NCBI GenBank assembly: GCA_964406895.1
Contig: CAYOTK010000002.1
Location: 6,004 to 70,003, forward strand
DNA length: 64,000 bases
From: an uncultured Candidatus Saccharibacteria bacterium
GTDB taxonomy: Bacteria; Patescibacteriota; Minisyncoccia; Phycocordibacterales; PALSA-1337
Direction of reading: 5' to 3'
Translations under genes and position numbers: made by a program
Shown here: positions 9,571-19,206 of the stretch, in pieces
How positions within the stretch are numbered: position 1 is the stretch's first letter
Layout of the letters: each line of letters begins with the position of its first letter
The notes under the pieces: generated by a model
What the model was told of the DNA's origin: nothing
Database searches by the model: none
Seen by the model: the letters and a program-made list of their open reading frames with translations, nothing else

Positions 9571-9591
9571 GAATAAGATGAAATAATAACC

Positions 9592-9735
9592 ATGCGAATC
9601 GAGTCATACCTAGACATAACTCCGGAAGAAATTACGAGTAAGGCCCACAACATATGGTTAGGAATAAGTCTTGGAAATAAATATTTTACAAAAGAAAATA
9701 TTGAAAAATATTTGATGATGCAAAGGAAAAAATAA
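9592..9735 (+). pseudogene. N-terminal fragment of a tRNA-dependent cyclodipeptide synthase (CDPS)
   Basis: My translation: MRIESYLDITPEEITSKAHNIWLGISLGNKYFTKENIEKYLMMQRKK*. It matches the CDPS signature HxxxGISxGNxYF and stops after 47 aa. Confidence 0.65.
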
Positions 9736-9776
9736 TATGCGGAAAGATGTGTTATAATCCAAAATATTTATAAAAT

Positions 9777-10745
9777 ATGAATATCAAAGATTTGTTCAAA
9801 ATATTACATAGTTGGGAGTTCCCTTTACTATTGAAAAAATTGATTGAGATAAGTTTTTTCGATACTCTTCAAGAAGAACTTTCTCTGAATAAATTAAAAG
9901 ATATTTATCATTTTAAAGAAGACAAGATGCGGGTCTTATTAGATGTCCTCGAAAGTCATGGACTTATTAGTATTGAGAATGACAAAATCTCTCTTTCTGA
10001 ATTCTCGAAGAAATATCTCTTAAAAGATTCGAAATTTTACATTGGTTCATATATTGTGTGGAGAATTGAAGATTTGAAACACTGGGAAGTTAATATGTCT
10101 TCTGTTCTAAAAGGTAAAATGAAGACAGTTCATGGAGACTATCAGTATTTGGAATATACAGACAAGCACAAAGAAGCATTGGAGGGAATCGTGGTCGCTT
10201 GTTCCAAGGTTTATCCAGCTGAAGATTTTGCTCGCAAAATAAAAGATAATATTGTTATCAATGGGTCTCTGCTCGATTTGGGTTGTGGTACAGGATTTTG
10301 GGGATTGGCATTACAAAAAGAATTTCCAGACCTGAATTTAACCCTGTTTGATAGAGAAACTGATTTTATAAATATAAAAGAATCAGAATCAAATTTTAAA
10401 GAGAAGATATCAATAGTAAAAGGAGATATGTTTGAATCAGGTTCTCTTCCAAAGGCCAATAATGTTTTGGTTGCAAACGTCTTTATGGATTGGAGTGATG
10501 AGGTATTGATAAAAATGTTACAAAAGATAGTTAAAGAATGTAATCCTAATGTCTTATTGATTCATGAATTTGTCCTCGAGAAAGACATACCGTTTCTTAA
10601 TGAATATAATTTCTTTGCTCAGATGGAGACTCTGGGGAAGATTCGCAGTAAAGATTGGTGGTTTACTCAACTGAAGGTTTATTTCAAAAATATTGATTTT
10701 GTGCCATTAGAGTTTGGTTCGATGGCGATTATTTGTAGACAGTAA
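9777..10745 (+). CDS. SAM-dependent O/N-methyltransferase (Methyltransf_2-like, with dimerisation domain)
   Basis: LLDLGCGTG motif I, GDMF, NVFMDWSDE; N-terminal helical domain. Confidence 0.8.
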   Translation: MNIKDLFKILHSWEFPLLLKKLIEISFFDTLQEELSLNKLKDIYHFKEDKMRVLLDVLESHGLISIENDKISLSEFSKKYLLKDSKFYIGSYIVWRIEDLKHWEVNMSSVLKGKMKTVHGDYQYLEYTDKHKEALEGIVVACSKVYPAEDFARKIKDNIVINGSLLDLGCGTGFWGLALQKEFPDLNLTLFDRETDFINIKESESNFKEKISIVKGDMFESGSLPKANNVLVANVFMDWSDEVLIKMLQKIVKECNPNVLLIHEFVLEKDIPFLNEYNFFAQMETLGKIRSKDWWFTQLKVYFKNIDFVPLEFGSMAIICRQ

Positions 10746-10882
10746 GATTGGTGTGCAATAAAACCATAAGAGGTTGAATGTGCCTTTTTGTATGTTGACA
10801 TATACACATTACGCATGTTACAACAGATTTGGTTTAGTGAAGTGGTAACAGTAGACAATCACGCAAAAACGAAAGGTAACAC

Positions 10883-11335
10883 TTGAAATACATTATAACG
10901 CACGGTGACAAGGAAAAGGGGCCGGATCCCGAACTGCACATTTTAGGAATCGCTCAGGTCGCCGGCTTGACCGTCCCTGAAGACGTCACGAACGTGATCG
11001 TCGGTACCGGACGTCGTTTCATTCAGACATGGGATACCGTCAAAAAATCCAAGACTCTGAACGTTGCGGTGAGGTACTCTCCGCTCTGCGGCTCCGCCGA
11101 CAGTGGCGAGAAGAGCGAGACCAGTTTCATGGTCACTCTCGCTGATGGAACCAGCGTGGGGATTGGTGACTACGTCGGTCTCATCGGTACTCCCGGGGTC
11201 GACCTCAAGTCTTGGTTGGACTCCTTGCCGGAGGGCACCCTCCTCATCGCCGGCCGAGAATTTCTCGGTGCCATCGGATACACTGAGGGAAAGACCGGCA
11301 CCCTCTACAAGTACAGTGAGGGCCGGATTGTGTGA
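10883..11335 (+). CDS. GC-rich hypothetical protein, possibly a degenerate histidine-phosphatase fold
   Basis: TTG start, YIITHGDK (RHG-like), R..QT motif; codon usage visibly GC-richer than its flanks. Confidence 0.45.
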   Translation: MKYIITHGDKEKGPDPELHILGIAQVAGLTVPEDVTNVIVGTGRRFIQTWDTVKKSKTLNVAVRYSPLCGSADSGEKSETSFMVTLADGTSVGIGDYVGLIGTPGVDLKSWLDSLPEGTLLIAGREFLGAIGYTEGKTGTLYKYSEGRIV

Positions 11336-11342
11336 GAACACG

Positions 11343-11383
11343 GGGCTGCGCTCGCCGAATACCGGCGGGTCGCGGCCCTTTTT
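11343..11383 (+). terminator. intrinsic terminator
   Basis: gggctgcg-ctcgccg / cggcggg-t-cgcggccc stem followed by ttttt. Confidence 0.7.
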
Positions 11384-11473
11384 GATTTTACTGACACTTC
11401 CAAAGATTATTCTGAACTAGTTTGAAAAATTAAAACTGTACTACTTTTCCCAAAAATATGTTAAATTTTATAT

Positions 11474-13894
11474 ATGAAATACACCAAATTATTTCGTGAA
11501 TTAAACAGGAATGATGCGTCAATAGCAGGAGGAAAGGGCGCGTCTTTGGGAGAAATGTTAAATGCGGGCATACCTGTTCCTGATGGTTATGTGGTACTTT
11601 CCACCACCTTTGATAAATTCATTGAAGATACTGATTTGGTTCAAGAAATAGACGCAATTTTAGACAGTGTGGATCACAAAGAAATTCATACTGTAGAGGG
11701 TGCATCCGAGAAAATAAAAGGTCTCATTTTGTCGCGTGAAATGCCTCACGATATAGCGGAAGAAATAAAAACAAATTTCAAAAGTTTGGATACGAAGTTT
11801 GTTGCCGTTCGTTCCTCAGCTACAGCAGAAGATGGTGCTGAACACGCTTGGGCAGGACAGCTCGAATCATATTTGAATACGACCGATAAGGATTTGTTAG
11901 ATAAAGTCAAACATTGCTGGGCTTCACTTTTTACACCTCGCGCTATATTTTATCGTTTCGAGAAAGGCCTACACTCAACCAGGATATCCGTAGCAGTTGT
12001 GGTACAAAAGATGGTCGAATCAGAAGTTTCCGGCATTGCATTCTCGGTACATCCTGTGACTGAAGATCGCAATCAGTTGATCATTGAAGCGGGCTTCGGG
12101 CTGGGTGAAGCAATCGTCTCTGGTTCTGTAACGCCTGATAGTTATGTGGTCGAGAAAACTCCAAGAAGAGTGATCGACAAAAATATAAGCACACAAGAAA
12201 GAGGTTTATTTAGAGTTGAGACGGGTGGTAATGAATGGAGAACAATCAATGAACCGATGGCCTCGTCACAAGTTTTGGATGAGAAACAAATTTTTGATCT
12301 TTCAGAAATTATAGTTGGTATTGAGAATCACTATGGTTTTCCTTGTGATATAGAATGGGCATACGAAAAAGGTAAGTTTTATATTGTGCAAAGTAGGCCA
12401 ATTACGACGTTGAGTGCAATTGTAGAAAAAAAAGATTTGGCAGACGAATATCTTGAACGCATTGGAAATCGGAAATTGTATCCTCCATTGAACGGTTATT
12501 CTGCATTTTTGCAGGGATCAGAATATAATATCGAAAAGTATTTTGGCAAATGGTATGAAAATAAAGTAAGATATGATTTTTTTCTCCACATGAAAGACGG
12601 GTATTCGCAAGTTTGGTTACCAGAAGACGATATTCGAGGTGCTTCTGACTTTGGGCTACGAGAATACCTGAATAAATCAAAGTCATTTGATCGTAGAATT
12701 GATTTTATGGATGAAAGCATAAAATATATTGATAAGATATATACACAATATACTTACGAAAAGATTGATGGAACAAAGTTGGACAAACTATTCTTATTGG
12801 TAAATGAAGTTAGAGACATTATTTGGGATGTAAACGCCGCTGTATCATTTTCTATCTTTTTTGATAAGAAAATGTGTGAAAATATTCTTATTGATGAAAA
12901 GTACCCGATCACCTCAAATGAAATTGATATTTTGTGGGATAAGGCTGTGACGCCAGCATTTGAATCGTTCGACAAGGTTCAACTCTGTCATTTGTTGACC
13001 TTGATGAGTAAGCCTAGTAAATGGGAATCAGTTTTAGAGGAATGCCAGTATTTTTTGACAGATTATCATTCAGCCAAGACTTTATCAGAAATTGAAAAAG
13101 CATTGAAAGAAAGATATAAGAAATATATTGATGAACCAGGAAGCGTGAAAGAGACTCTCAAAACTGAGACTGAAGAAGTGGCCAGAATGATTTCTGAACA
13201 TAAAAAATGGCTATATACATTGCCGGAAAATGAAAAGAAAATTGCAAATTATCTTCAAACTGTGATGAAGGTCAGGGATAGAAGAAAGAACTTCTTTGCT
13301 AAAGGTATGACAATAATGTACAGAGTGGCAGAAAAAGTTTTCAGAGAAGCTGGTGTAGATCGAAATCTTATTCCTTATTATACAATCCGTGAACTTCTTA
13401 ATGGTGTCGATTATTTGAAATCTTCTGTTGATGATTTGAAAGATAGAAAAAACGGTTTCCAATGGCTCGTGCCGTATTCTGATCAACCAAAAAAGCAAAA
13501 TATAAATATTGATAGTGGAATACAAAAAATCAATAATTATTTCAAGGAGTGTCATTTAAGTGACAATAATTCCAGTGAAATTCAAGGTCAATGTGCTTAT
13601 AAAGGTGTTATTAAAGGTCGTGTTCGAATAGTATTGAATGTAAATTCGAATCATGGTTTTTCTGATGGTGAAGTGCTTGTTGCGGGAATGACTCGACCGG
13701 AGTATGTTCCGTTGATGAAAAAAGCTGCGGCAATCATTACAGACGAAGGTGGAATTACATGTCACGCTGCAATCGTTTCCCGCGAACTCAAGAAACCCTG
13801 CATTATCGGCACAAAGATCGCCACCAAAGTCCTGAAAGACGGCGATATGGTAGAGGTGGATGCGGATAAGGGGGTGGTAGTTATTCTTAAATAA
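11474..13894 (+). CDS. rifampin-phosphotransferase-like dikinase: PPDK_N ATP-grasp + variable substrate domain + C-terminal phospho-His swivel domain (not a complete PEP synthase)
   Basis: GGKGASLGE, VAVRSSATAED, DIEWA, VQSRPITTL; C-terminal GGITCHAAIVSRELKKPC; the protein ends after the swivel domain with no PEP/pyruvate barrel. Confidence 0.85.
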   Translation: MKYTKLFRELNRNDASIAGGKGASLGEMLNAGIPVPDGYVVLSTTFDKFIEDTDLVQEIDAILDSVDHKEIHTVEGASEKIKGLILSREMPHDIAEEIKTNFKSLDTKFVAVRSSATAEDGAEHAWAGQLESYLNTTDKDLLDKVKHCWASLFTPRAIFYRFEKGLHSTRISVAVVVQKMVESEVSGIAFSVHPVTEDRNQLIIEAGFGLGEAIVSGSVTPDSYVVEKTPRRVIDKNISTQERGLFRVETGGNEWRTINEPMASSQVLDEKQIFDLSEIIVGIENHYGFPCDIEWAYEKGKFYIVQSRPITTLSAIVEKKDLADEYLERIGNRKLYPPLNGYSAFLQGSEYNIEKYFGKWYENKVRYDFFLHMKDGYSQVWLPEDDIRGASDFGLREYLNKSKSFDRRIDFMDESIKYIDKIYTQYTYEKIDGTKLDKLFLLVNEVRDIIWDVNAAVSFSIFFDKKMCENILIDEKYPITSNEIDILWDKAVTPAFESFDKVQLCHLLTLMSKPSKWESVLEECQYFLTDYHSAKTLSEIEKALKERYKKYIDEPGSVKETLKTETEEVARMISEHKKWLYTLPENEKKIANYLQTVMKVRDRRKNFFAKGMTIMYRVAEKVFREAGVDRNLIPYYTIRELLNGVDYLKSSVDDLKDRKNGFQWLVPYSDQPKKQNINIDSGIQKINNYFKECHLSDNNSSEIQGQCAYKGVIKGRVRIVLNVNSNHGFSDGEVLVAGMTRPEYVPLMKKAAAIITDEGGITCHAAIVSRELKKPCIIGTKIATKVLKDGDMVEVDADKGVVVILK

Positions 13895-13895
13895 A

Positions 13896-15347
13896 ATGTC
13901 ATTAGAAAAACAACAAAAAATGGATGAAAAATGGCTTATTCCTCGAAAACGCTATGTTCCTTGTGTCTGGCCGTTCCATACTTATTGGGCATGGCCTGTA
14001 CACAAATATTTTGGTGTACCCACTACGGGAAAAGTTTTAAGTATTTGGGAAGATGGTGATTATACTGTGGTTTTTGATAAACATAAAACTGGTATAGATT
14101 TGGGAAATGCAATCACTGATAAGATTCTTACAGAGAAAAATGATTTAATAGGTTTTAGAGAGAAAGGCATTAAGGCAGGGGAAAATACAGTAATTTTTTG
14201 CAAGGAATTTTCCAAAAAATCAGAAAATTCATCTATTTCTGAATTTGTTGATTTTCTGAATGGATTCACCGAAAAGTATATAGTCATCATGAGAGATAAT
14301 ATGCATTACTGGGTAATGGGATCACCAATCATAGAAAAAATGATTCGTAACAATCTGTCGACTTTTGATGCAAATATCATAGATGAGATTTTTCACATAA
14401 TGGCTGTACCAATCGAAATGTCATATAGTAGCCTCATTGATTCAGAGTTGAAAAAGATATGTGATATGGCTCGACAAAATGGCATAGGGTTAGTCAAGGG
14501 AGACATAAAAAACTTCTCGCATAAATATTTTTGGTTCCCATATGAATATGTTGGACCTGGGATTTGGGATGATAAAACTGTGACCGGTCTAATCGAAACA
14601 GATATAAAAAAAGGTTCAAGCAATCATGTTGGTGCATCTGGTAGTGTAGAATTACAAAAAGAATGTGTCAAAAAATACTCTTTATCCCAACAAATAGTCG
14701 AATTATTCAAAATTCTTCAAACACTAGCCTTAATGTCTGATGATCGTAAAAGATATAACTCTGAAATATGTTATTATTTAAATGGAGTAATTTTCCCAAA
14801 TCTGGCAAAGAAGCTCGGTATAACTAGAGAGGAGGCTTTATATGTAGATCATGAATTCTTATCTTTATTTGAGAAAGATTCAATAACGTTCAGAAAACGA
14901 CTTAATAAAAGAACCGAGATGTTGGTAGAAATTACCGAAGATGGTGTTTATTCATGGTACGAGGGTAAAGAGGAATGTTAAATGTTATTAGATTCATTGG
15001 ATATTCACTTGAAAGTTGATGATAATATAAGAGAGATCAAGGGTCAGGTTGCTTTTAAAGGAAAAGTGATTGGCAAAGTCAGGATTTTGAAGACATCACA
15101 CGTTGATGATTTTGAAGAGGGAGATATTATAGTAACAGGCATGACAACACCAGATTTTGCACCGCTCATGAAAAAGGCTTCCGCGATTGTGACAAATGAG
15201 GGCGGTATCACATGTCATGCGGCTATAGTTTCTAGAGAATTGAAAATACCCTGTGTAATCGGCACAAAAATTGCTACTCAAGTTTTCAAAGACGGCGATA
15301 TGGTAGAGGTGGACGCGGATAAGGGGGTGGTGAAAATAATAAAATAA
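13896..15347 (+). pseudogene. array member 2: variable domain + phospho-His swivel, split by an in-frame TAA (ORFs 13896-14981 and 14982-15347)
   Basis: ...gaa tgt TAA ATG tta... in the same frame; the downstream part has GGITCHAAIVSRE. Confidence 0.7.
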
Positions 15348-15375
15348 TATGAATTTAAAATATTAATCTACTAAC

Positions 15376-16701
15376 ATGATTTTACCAAAAGAAAAATATC
15401 AAAAGACAGTCAAGAGACCGTATCCGCCATTATTGGGATCATTGGTGATTCAGGGTATAACGGATACAAAAGTTTATGACGGTTTTTTTTCTGTTCCGTT
15501 CGCCAGAAAGGATTCGGTCTTGTGTGACGGAGCTTGGTATAACAATGGTGAGGCGGAGGATTATGGTCGTGAATTGATATCCAAAGAATGGAATAATCAA
15601 AGTTCAATTGATTTCCTTTCAAAAGAGTGTCGTCGTAGGGAAAAAATTCTATTGGATTCAACAGACAAATCATTTGAAGTATATTCAAAAGCCTTTGAAA
15701 ATTATATGGTTGCACTCACTCTTGTATATTTGGCTGAAGTGCCTTTTTTCAATAAACTTAAAGAGATGCTTATGGAAAATTCGGATGAAATGCAGGCTAA
15801 GGAGTTGCTTGAGATTCTAAATACTCCATTTGAGGATAATTATCACAGAAAAGAAGAGTATGATTTGATTACATCGAATAATTTGACTGAACACGTAAAG
15901 AAATATGAATGGTTTCTTTCAAGATATGGTGCAGATGTGATTTATACAGTAGATAAGGCAAAGGAAAGATTATTATCTTTAGACAAGGATTTTTTGAGCA
16001 AATACAATATTTTAAAAGAGGAAGTTAAGACGGCAATAAAAAAAGCCAAGAACATTGTTGGGCAACAAAACAGTTATTTGGTTGACGGCCTACAATTCAT
16101 TGTTTTTTACAGAACACACAGAACTGATGTTATTAGTAGATCAATATTCATGCATAAAAAAGTATTGAATGATATTGCAAAAGCAAATTCATTGTTATAT
16201 GAAGATATTTTGTTTTGTCTTGAAGCTGAATTGATAAAAAAATCTATTCCCAGCGTAGATACAATTCAGGAAAGAAAAAAAGGTTATGTTATATATTCAG
16301 AAAATGGCCATATTATTTGCAAAATTGGTAAAGAGTTTGAAGATATAAGACGTGGCCTTGAAGACGATATTCAGACAGTGACTGAGTTGCGCGGTAATAG
16401 CGCTTCCAAAGGTAAATCTGTCGGAAGAGTTAAAATTATTAATAATTCTTTAGATTTTTCCAAAATAAATGATGGAGATATTTTGGTATCAAGCATGACT
16501 ACTCCTGAAATGGTTCCGATAATGAAAAAGTCATCTGCCTTCGTAACAGATGAAGGCGGCATAACTTGTCATGCGGCTATTGTTGCACGCGAACTTAAAA
16601 AACCCTGCATTATTGGCACAAAGATCGCCACCAAAGTCCTGAAAGACGGCGACATGGTAGAGGTGGATGCGGATAAGGGGGTGGTAAAAATAATAAAATA
16701 A
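15376..16701 (+). CDS. array member 3: variable domain + PEP-utilizers mobile (phospho-His) domain
   Basis: C-terminal MTTPEM...TDEGGITCHAAIVARELKKPC. Confidence 0.85.
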   Translation: MILPKEKYQKTVKRPYPPLLGSLVIQGITDTKVYDGFFSVPFARKDSVLCDGAWYNNGEAEDYGRELISKEWNNQSSIDFLSKECRRREKILLDSTDKSFEVYSKAFENYMVALTLVYLAEVPFFNKLKEMLMENSDEMQAKELLEILNTPFEDNYHRKEEYDLITSNNLTEHVKKYEWFLSRYGADVIYTVDKAKERLLSLDKDFLSKYNILKEEVKTAIKKAKNIVGQQNSYLVDGLQFIVFYRTHRTDVISRSIFMHKKVLNDIAKANSLLYEDILFCLEAELIKKSIPSVDTIQERKKGYVIYSENGHIICKIGKEFEDIRRGLEDDIQTVTELRGNSASKGKSVGRVKIINNSLDFSKINDGDILVSSMTTPEMVPIMKKSSAFVTDEGGITCHAAIVARELKKPCIIGTKIATKVLKDGDMVEVDADKGVVKIIK

Positions 16702-16702
16702 T

Positions 16703-18205
16703 ATGAATTATAAAAATGACAAAAGAATATTAAATGTTCAAAGCTCATATTCAAAAGAGCAAATACAGGAGGTCTTAAAAAGAACATGGTTTAAGGTTGT
16801 GCGAAGAGAAAATACCCCTCTATGGGAATCCCTGATTCAAGCTGGAGGAGCTTTGAGCCGTGAAGATATCGGATTTGAGAATCCTATGTCAGATCTTTAT
16901 GCTCTTGATTATGACAAATATGCGGCCGAGGACGATTTTAAGGAATTAAAAAGACAATTTATCGAGGCTTGCAAAAATGATTCCAATTTTTTAACAAATT
17001 TTTTCAAATACCTTGAGGATAAATGCAAGGAATTTGATGATTTTGTTTTGCAAAATGAAATAAATGAGTGGGGTAAGTTGGATAACAAAGAACTTGGTTT
17101 TATTTACGACAAATTTGCAAATTTTTCCTTAGAAGTTTTGATTTTTTTGTGGCCTCCACTTGGACCAGAGGAGTGGATAGTTGAAAAGATATCTAGTGAA
17201 CTTTCGAAACGAATTGATCCAGTTAATCAGTATAATGATAATCAAAAAGCTTTTGACATATTAATTTCTTCTGAAATTCCTTCATTAATTCAAGAACGAG
17301 AGTTTGAGATTCTTAAACTTGCTACGAAGGTAGGGGATATCAATAAAATTCCTGAGTTTAAAAATGAAATTGAGTTAGTTTATCGAAGATATGCTTGGAT
17401 AAACGATCATTCTTTGAAATTTGAGTTTGAAAGCTACATACATTTTGAGGAAGAATTAATTCAGGTCTTAAAAAATAATCCTAAAGAAAAACTTTCTCGA
17501 ATTAACGCTGAAAAAGAGAGTAAAAAGAAAGAAAAAATGGCTCTTTTGAATAATCTTAATCTTGGGAAAGATATTGAAAACTATATATACCAAGCATCAC
17601 ATTTACCACACTGGAGATTTCTTAGAACCGAAAAAAGCGTCGAAGCGGCGTATCGCTTGAGCGGAATGTTCAGGGAGTTAGAAAAAAGATTAGGTATAGA
17701 TCCTCTCTTGGCTTATTATTGGGAAATTGGACAGCTTCTGGATGGACAGAATGTTAATAAAGAAAATATTGAAGCTAGAAAAAACGGATATGGACTTATT
17801 ATTAGCACTGATCATATTGCTGACCTAGATACTGCATCAAGAAAAGTCCTAAAAGATGGAATCGAAAGTAAAATTGAATTGGGGAAAGTTATTAAAGGCA
17901 ATGTGGCGTGCAGAGGGTTTGTGAAGGGTAGGGTTAGAGTTCTTCATACTGTTAAAGGATTATCTACCTTTAAAGATGGTGAGATCCTTGTGACATCAAT
18001 GACAACTCCTGAATTTGTGCCAATTATGAGGATGGCTATTGCTATTATTACAGATGAGGGCGGAATAAGTTGTCATGCGGCCATTGTCTCTCGTGAGCTA
18101 AAGGTTCCATGTATAATTGGTACCAAAGTTGCAACTAAACTTCTGAAAAGCGGAGATAATGTAGAGGTTGATGCAAATAAGGGAATCGTAAAAATAATAA
18201 AATAA
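16703..18205 (+). CDS. array member 4: variable domain + phospho-His domain
   Basis: TDEGGISCHAAIVSRELKVPC. Confidence 0.85.
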   Translation: MNYKNDKRILNVQSSYSKEQIQEVLKRTWFKVVRRENTPLWESLIQAGGALSREDIGFENPMSDLYALDYDKYAAEDDFKELKRQFIEACKNDSNFLTNFFKYLEDKCKEFDDFVLQNEINEWGKLDNKELGFIYDKFANFSLEVLIFLWPPLGPEEWIVEKISSELSKRIDPVNQYNDNQKAFDILISSEIPSLIQEREFEILKLATKVGDINKIPEFKNEIELVYRRYAWINDHSLKFEFESYIHFEEELIQVLKNNPKEKLSRINAEKESKKKEKMALLNNLNLGKDIENYIYQASHLPHWRFLRTEKSVEAAYRLSGMFRELEKRLGIDPLLAYYWEIGQLLDGQNVNKENIEARKNGYGLIISTDHIADLDTASRKVLKDGIESKIELGKVIKGNVACRGFVKGRVRVLHTVKGLSTFKDGEILVTSMTTPEFVPIMRMAIAIITDEGGISCHAAIVSRELKVPCIIGTKVATKLLKSGDNVEVDANKGIVKIIK

Positions 18206-18207
18206 AC

Positions 18208-19206
18208 ATGACCAAACTTCATGAGCTTGTTCATCTCAGTGCACCACTAGTTTTTGCAGACTTGTTTACCGTTTGTGAAGGTGGTAGTCAATTCTTCTGG
18301 TCAAAAGAAAAAAGTCCAGAGGGTGTTGGGTGTTTGGCGTATAGAAAAAAAGATTTAGTATATTTTTATTACAATCCAGAATTAATTGATTGGAAAATGA
18401 CTGAGTCTAGTAAATTTGATGAGCAGATTTTACTTCAGAAATCTTCAGATGCCTTCAGTAAAATCAGGGAAATATTGATTAAAGAAAACCCCCTCAATAG
18501 AGAACAGTTAAAAGAATTTATCCCAGAAGTAATTTTATTCTGGAAATGGTTCGATGGTATCTGGTGGAGAATTGAATTTGCTGAAAAAAACAAAATCGAT
18601 TATGGGAATTTGATGTCACTTAGAAAAGAAACTGAATATTTCGTTCCTAGTCTTCGATTGGTAATTAGAAAATCATTCAAGGAGATTTTGGACAAAAGAT
18701 ACGAGCAGTATATTGATGTTCTTAGATTAAACGAGGTGCTTGAATCAAAATTACCCTCAATTGAAGAGTTAAATTCGAGACTCGAGAGTTATGTTGTTAT
18801 AAATGGGAAATTATTTAACAACATTGAGAGTGCACTGAAGGAATTTGATTTTGATATGCCGTTAGATGAGGTTGATCTTAATAGTAAAGAACTTCATGGA
18901 CAGTGTGCTTTCCCAGGCAGAGTCAAATCCAAAATAAAGATTGTTAATTCTGTTGACGATTTACACAAGTTTTCATCTGGCGATATTATTGTTTCTAGTA
19001 CTACAACACCAGATTTTCTTCCAATCATGAAGATATCAAAAGCCATAATTTCTGAACATGGTGGAATAATATGTCATGCAGCGATAACTTCTCGAGAACT
19101 AAAGATTCCATGTGTCGTCGGCGTTAAAAATGCAACAAAGATTCTAAAGGATGGTGACATGGTAGAAGTTGATGCGGATAGGGGGATTGTTAAGATAATA
19201 AAATGA
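18208..19206 (+). CDS. array member 5: variable domain + phospho-His domain
   Basis: SEHGGIICHAAITSRELKIPC. Confidence 0.85.
   Translation: MTKLHELVHLSAPLVFADLFTVCEGGSQFFWSKEKSPEGVGCLAYRKKDLVYFYYNPELIDWKMTESSKFDEQILLQKSSDAFSKIREILIKENPLNREQLKEFIPEVILFWKWFDGIWWRIEFAEKNKIDYGNLMSLRKETEYFVPSLRLVIRKSFKEILDKRYEQYIDVLRLNEVLESKLPSIEELNSRLESYVVINGKLFNNIESALKEFDFDMPLDEVDLNSKELHGQCAFPGRVKSKIKIVNSVDDLHKFSSGDIIVSSTTTPDFLPIMKISKAIISEHGGIICHAAITSRELKIPCVVGVKNATKILKDGDMVEVDADRGIVKIIK

Noticed and set aside
11474-13894. Calling this gene ppsA (PEP synthase)
   Set aside because: The His domain is C-terminal and the PEP/pyruvate-binding barrel is absent; the layout is RPH-like.
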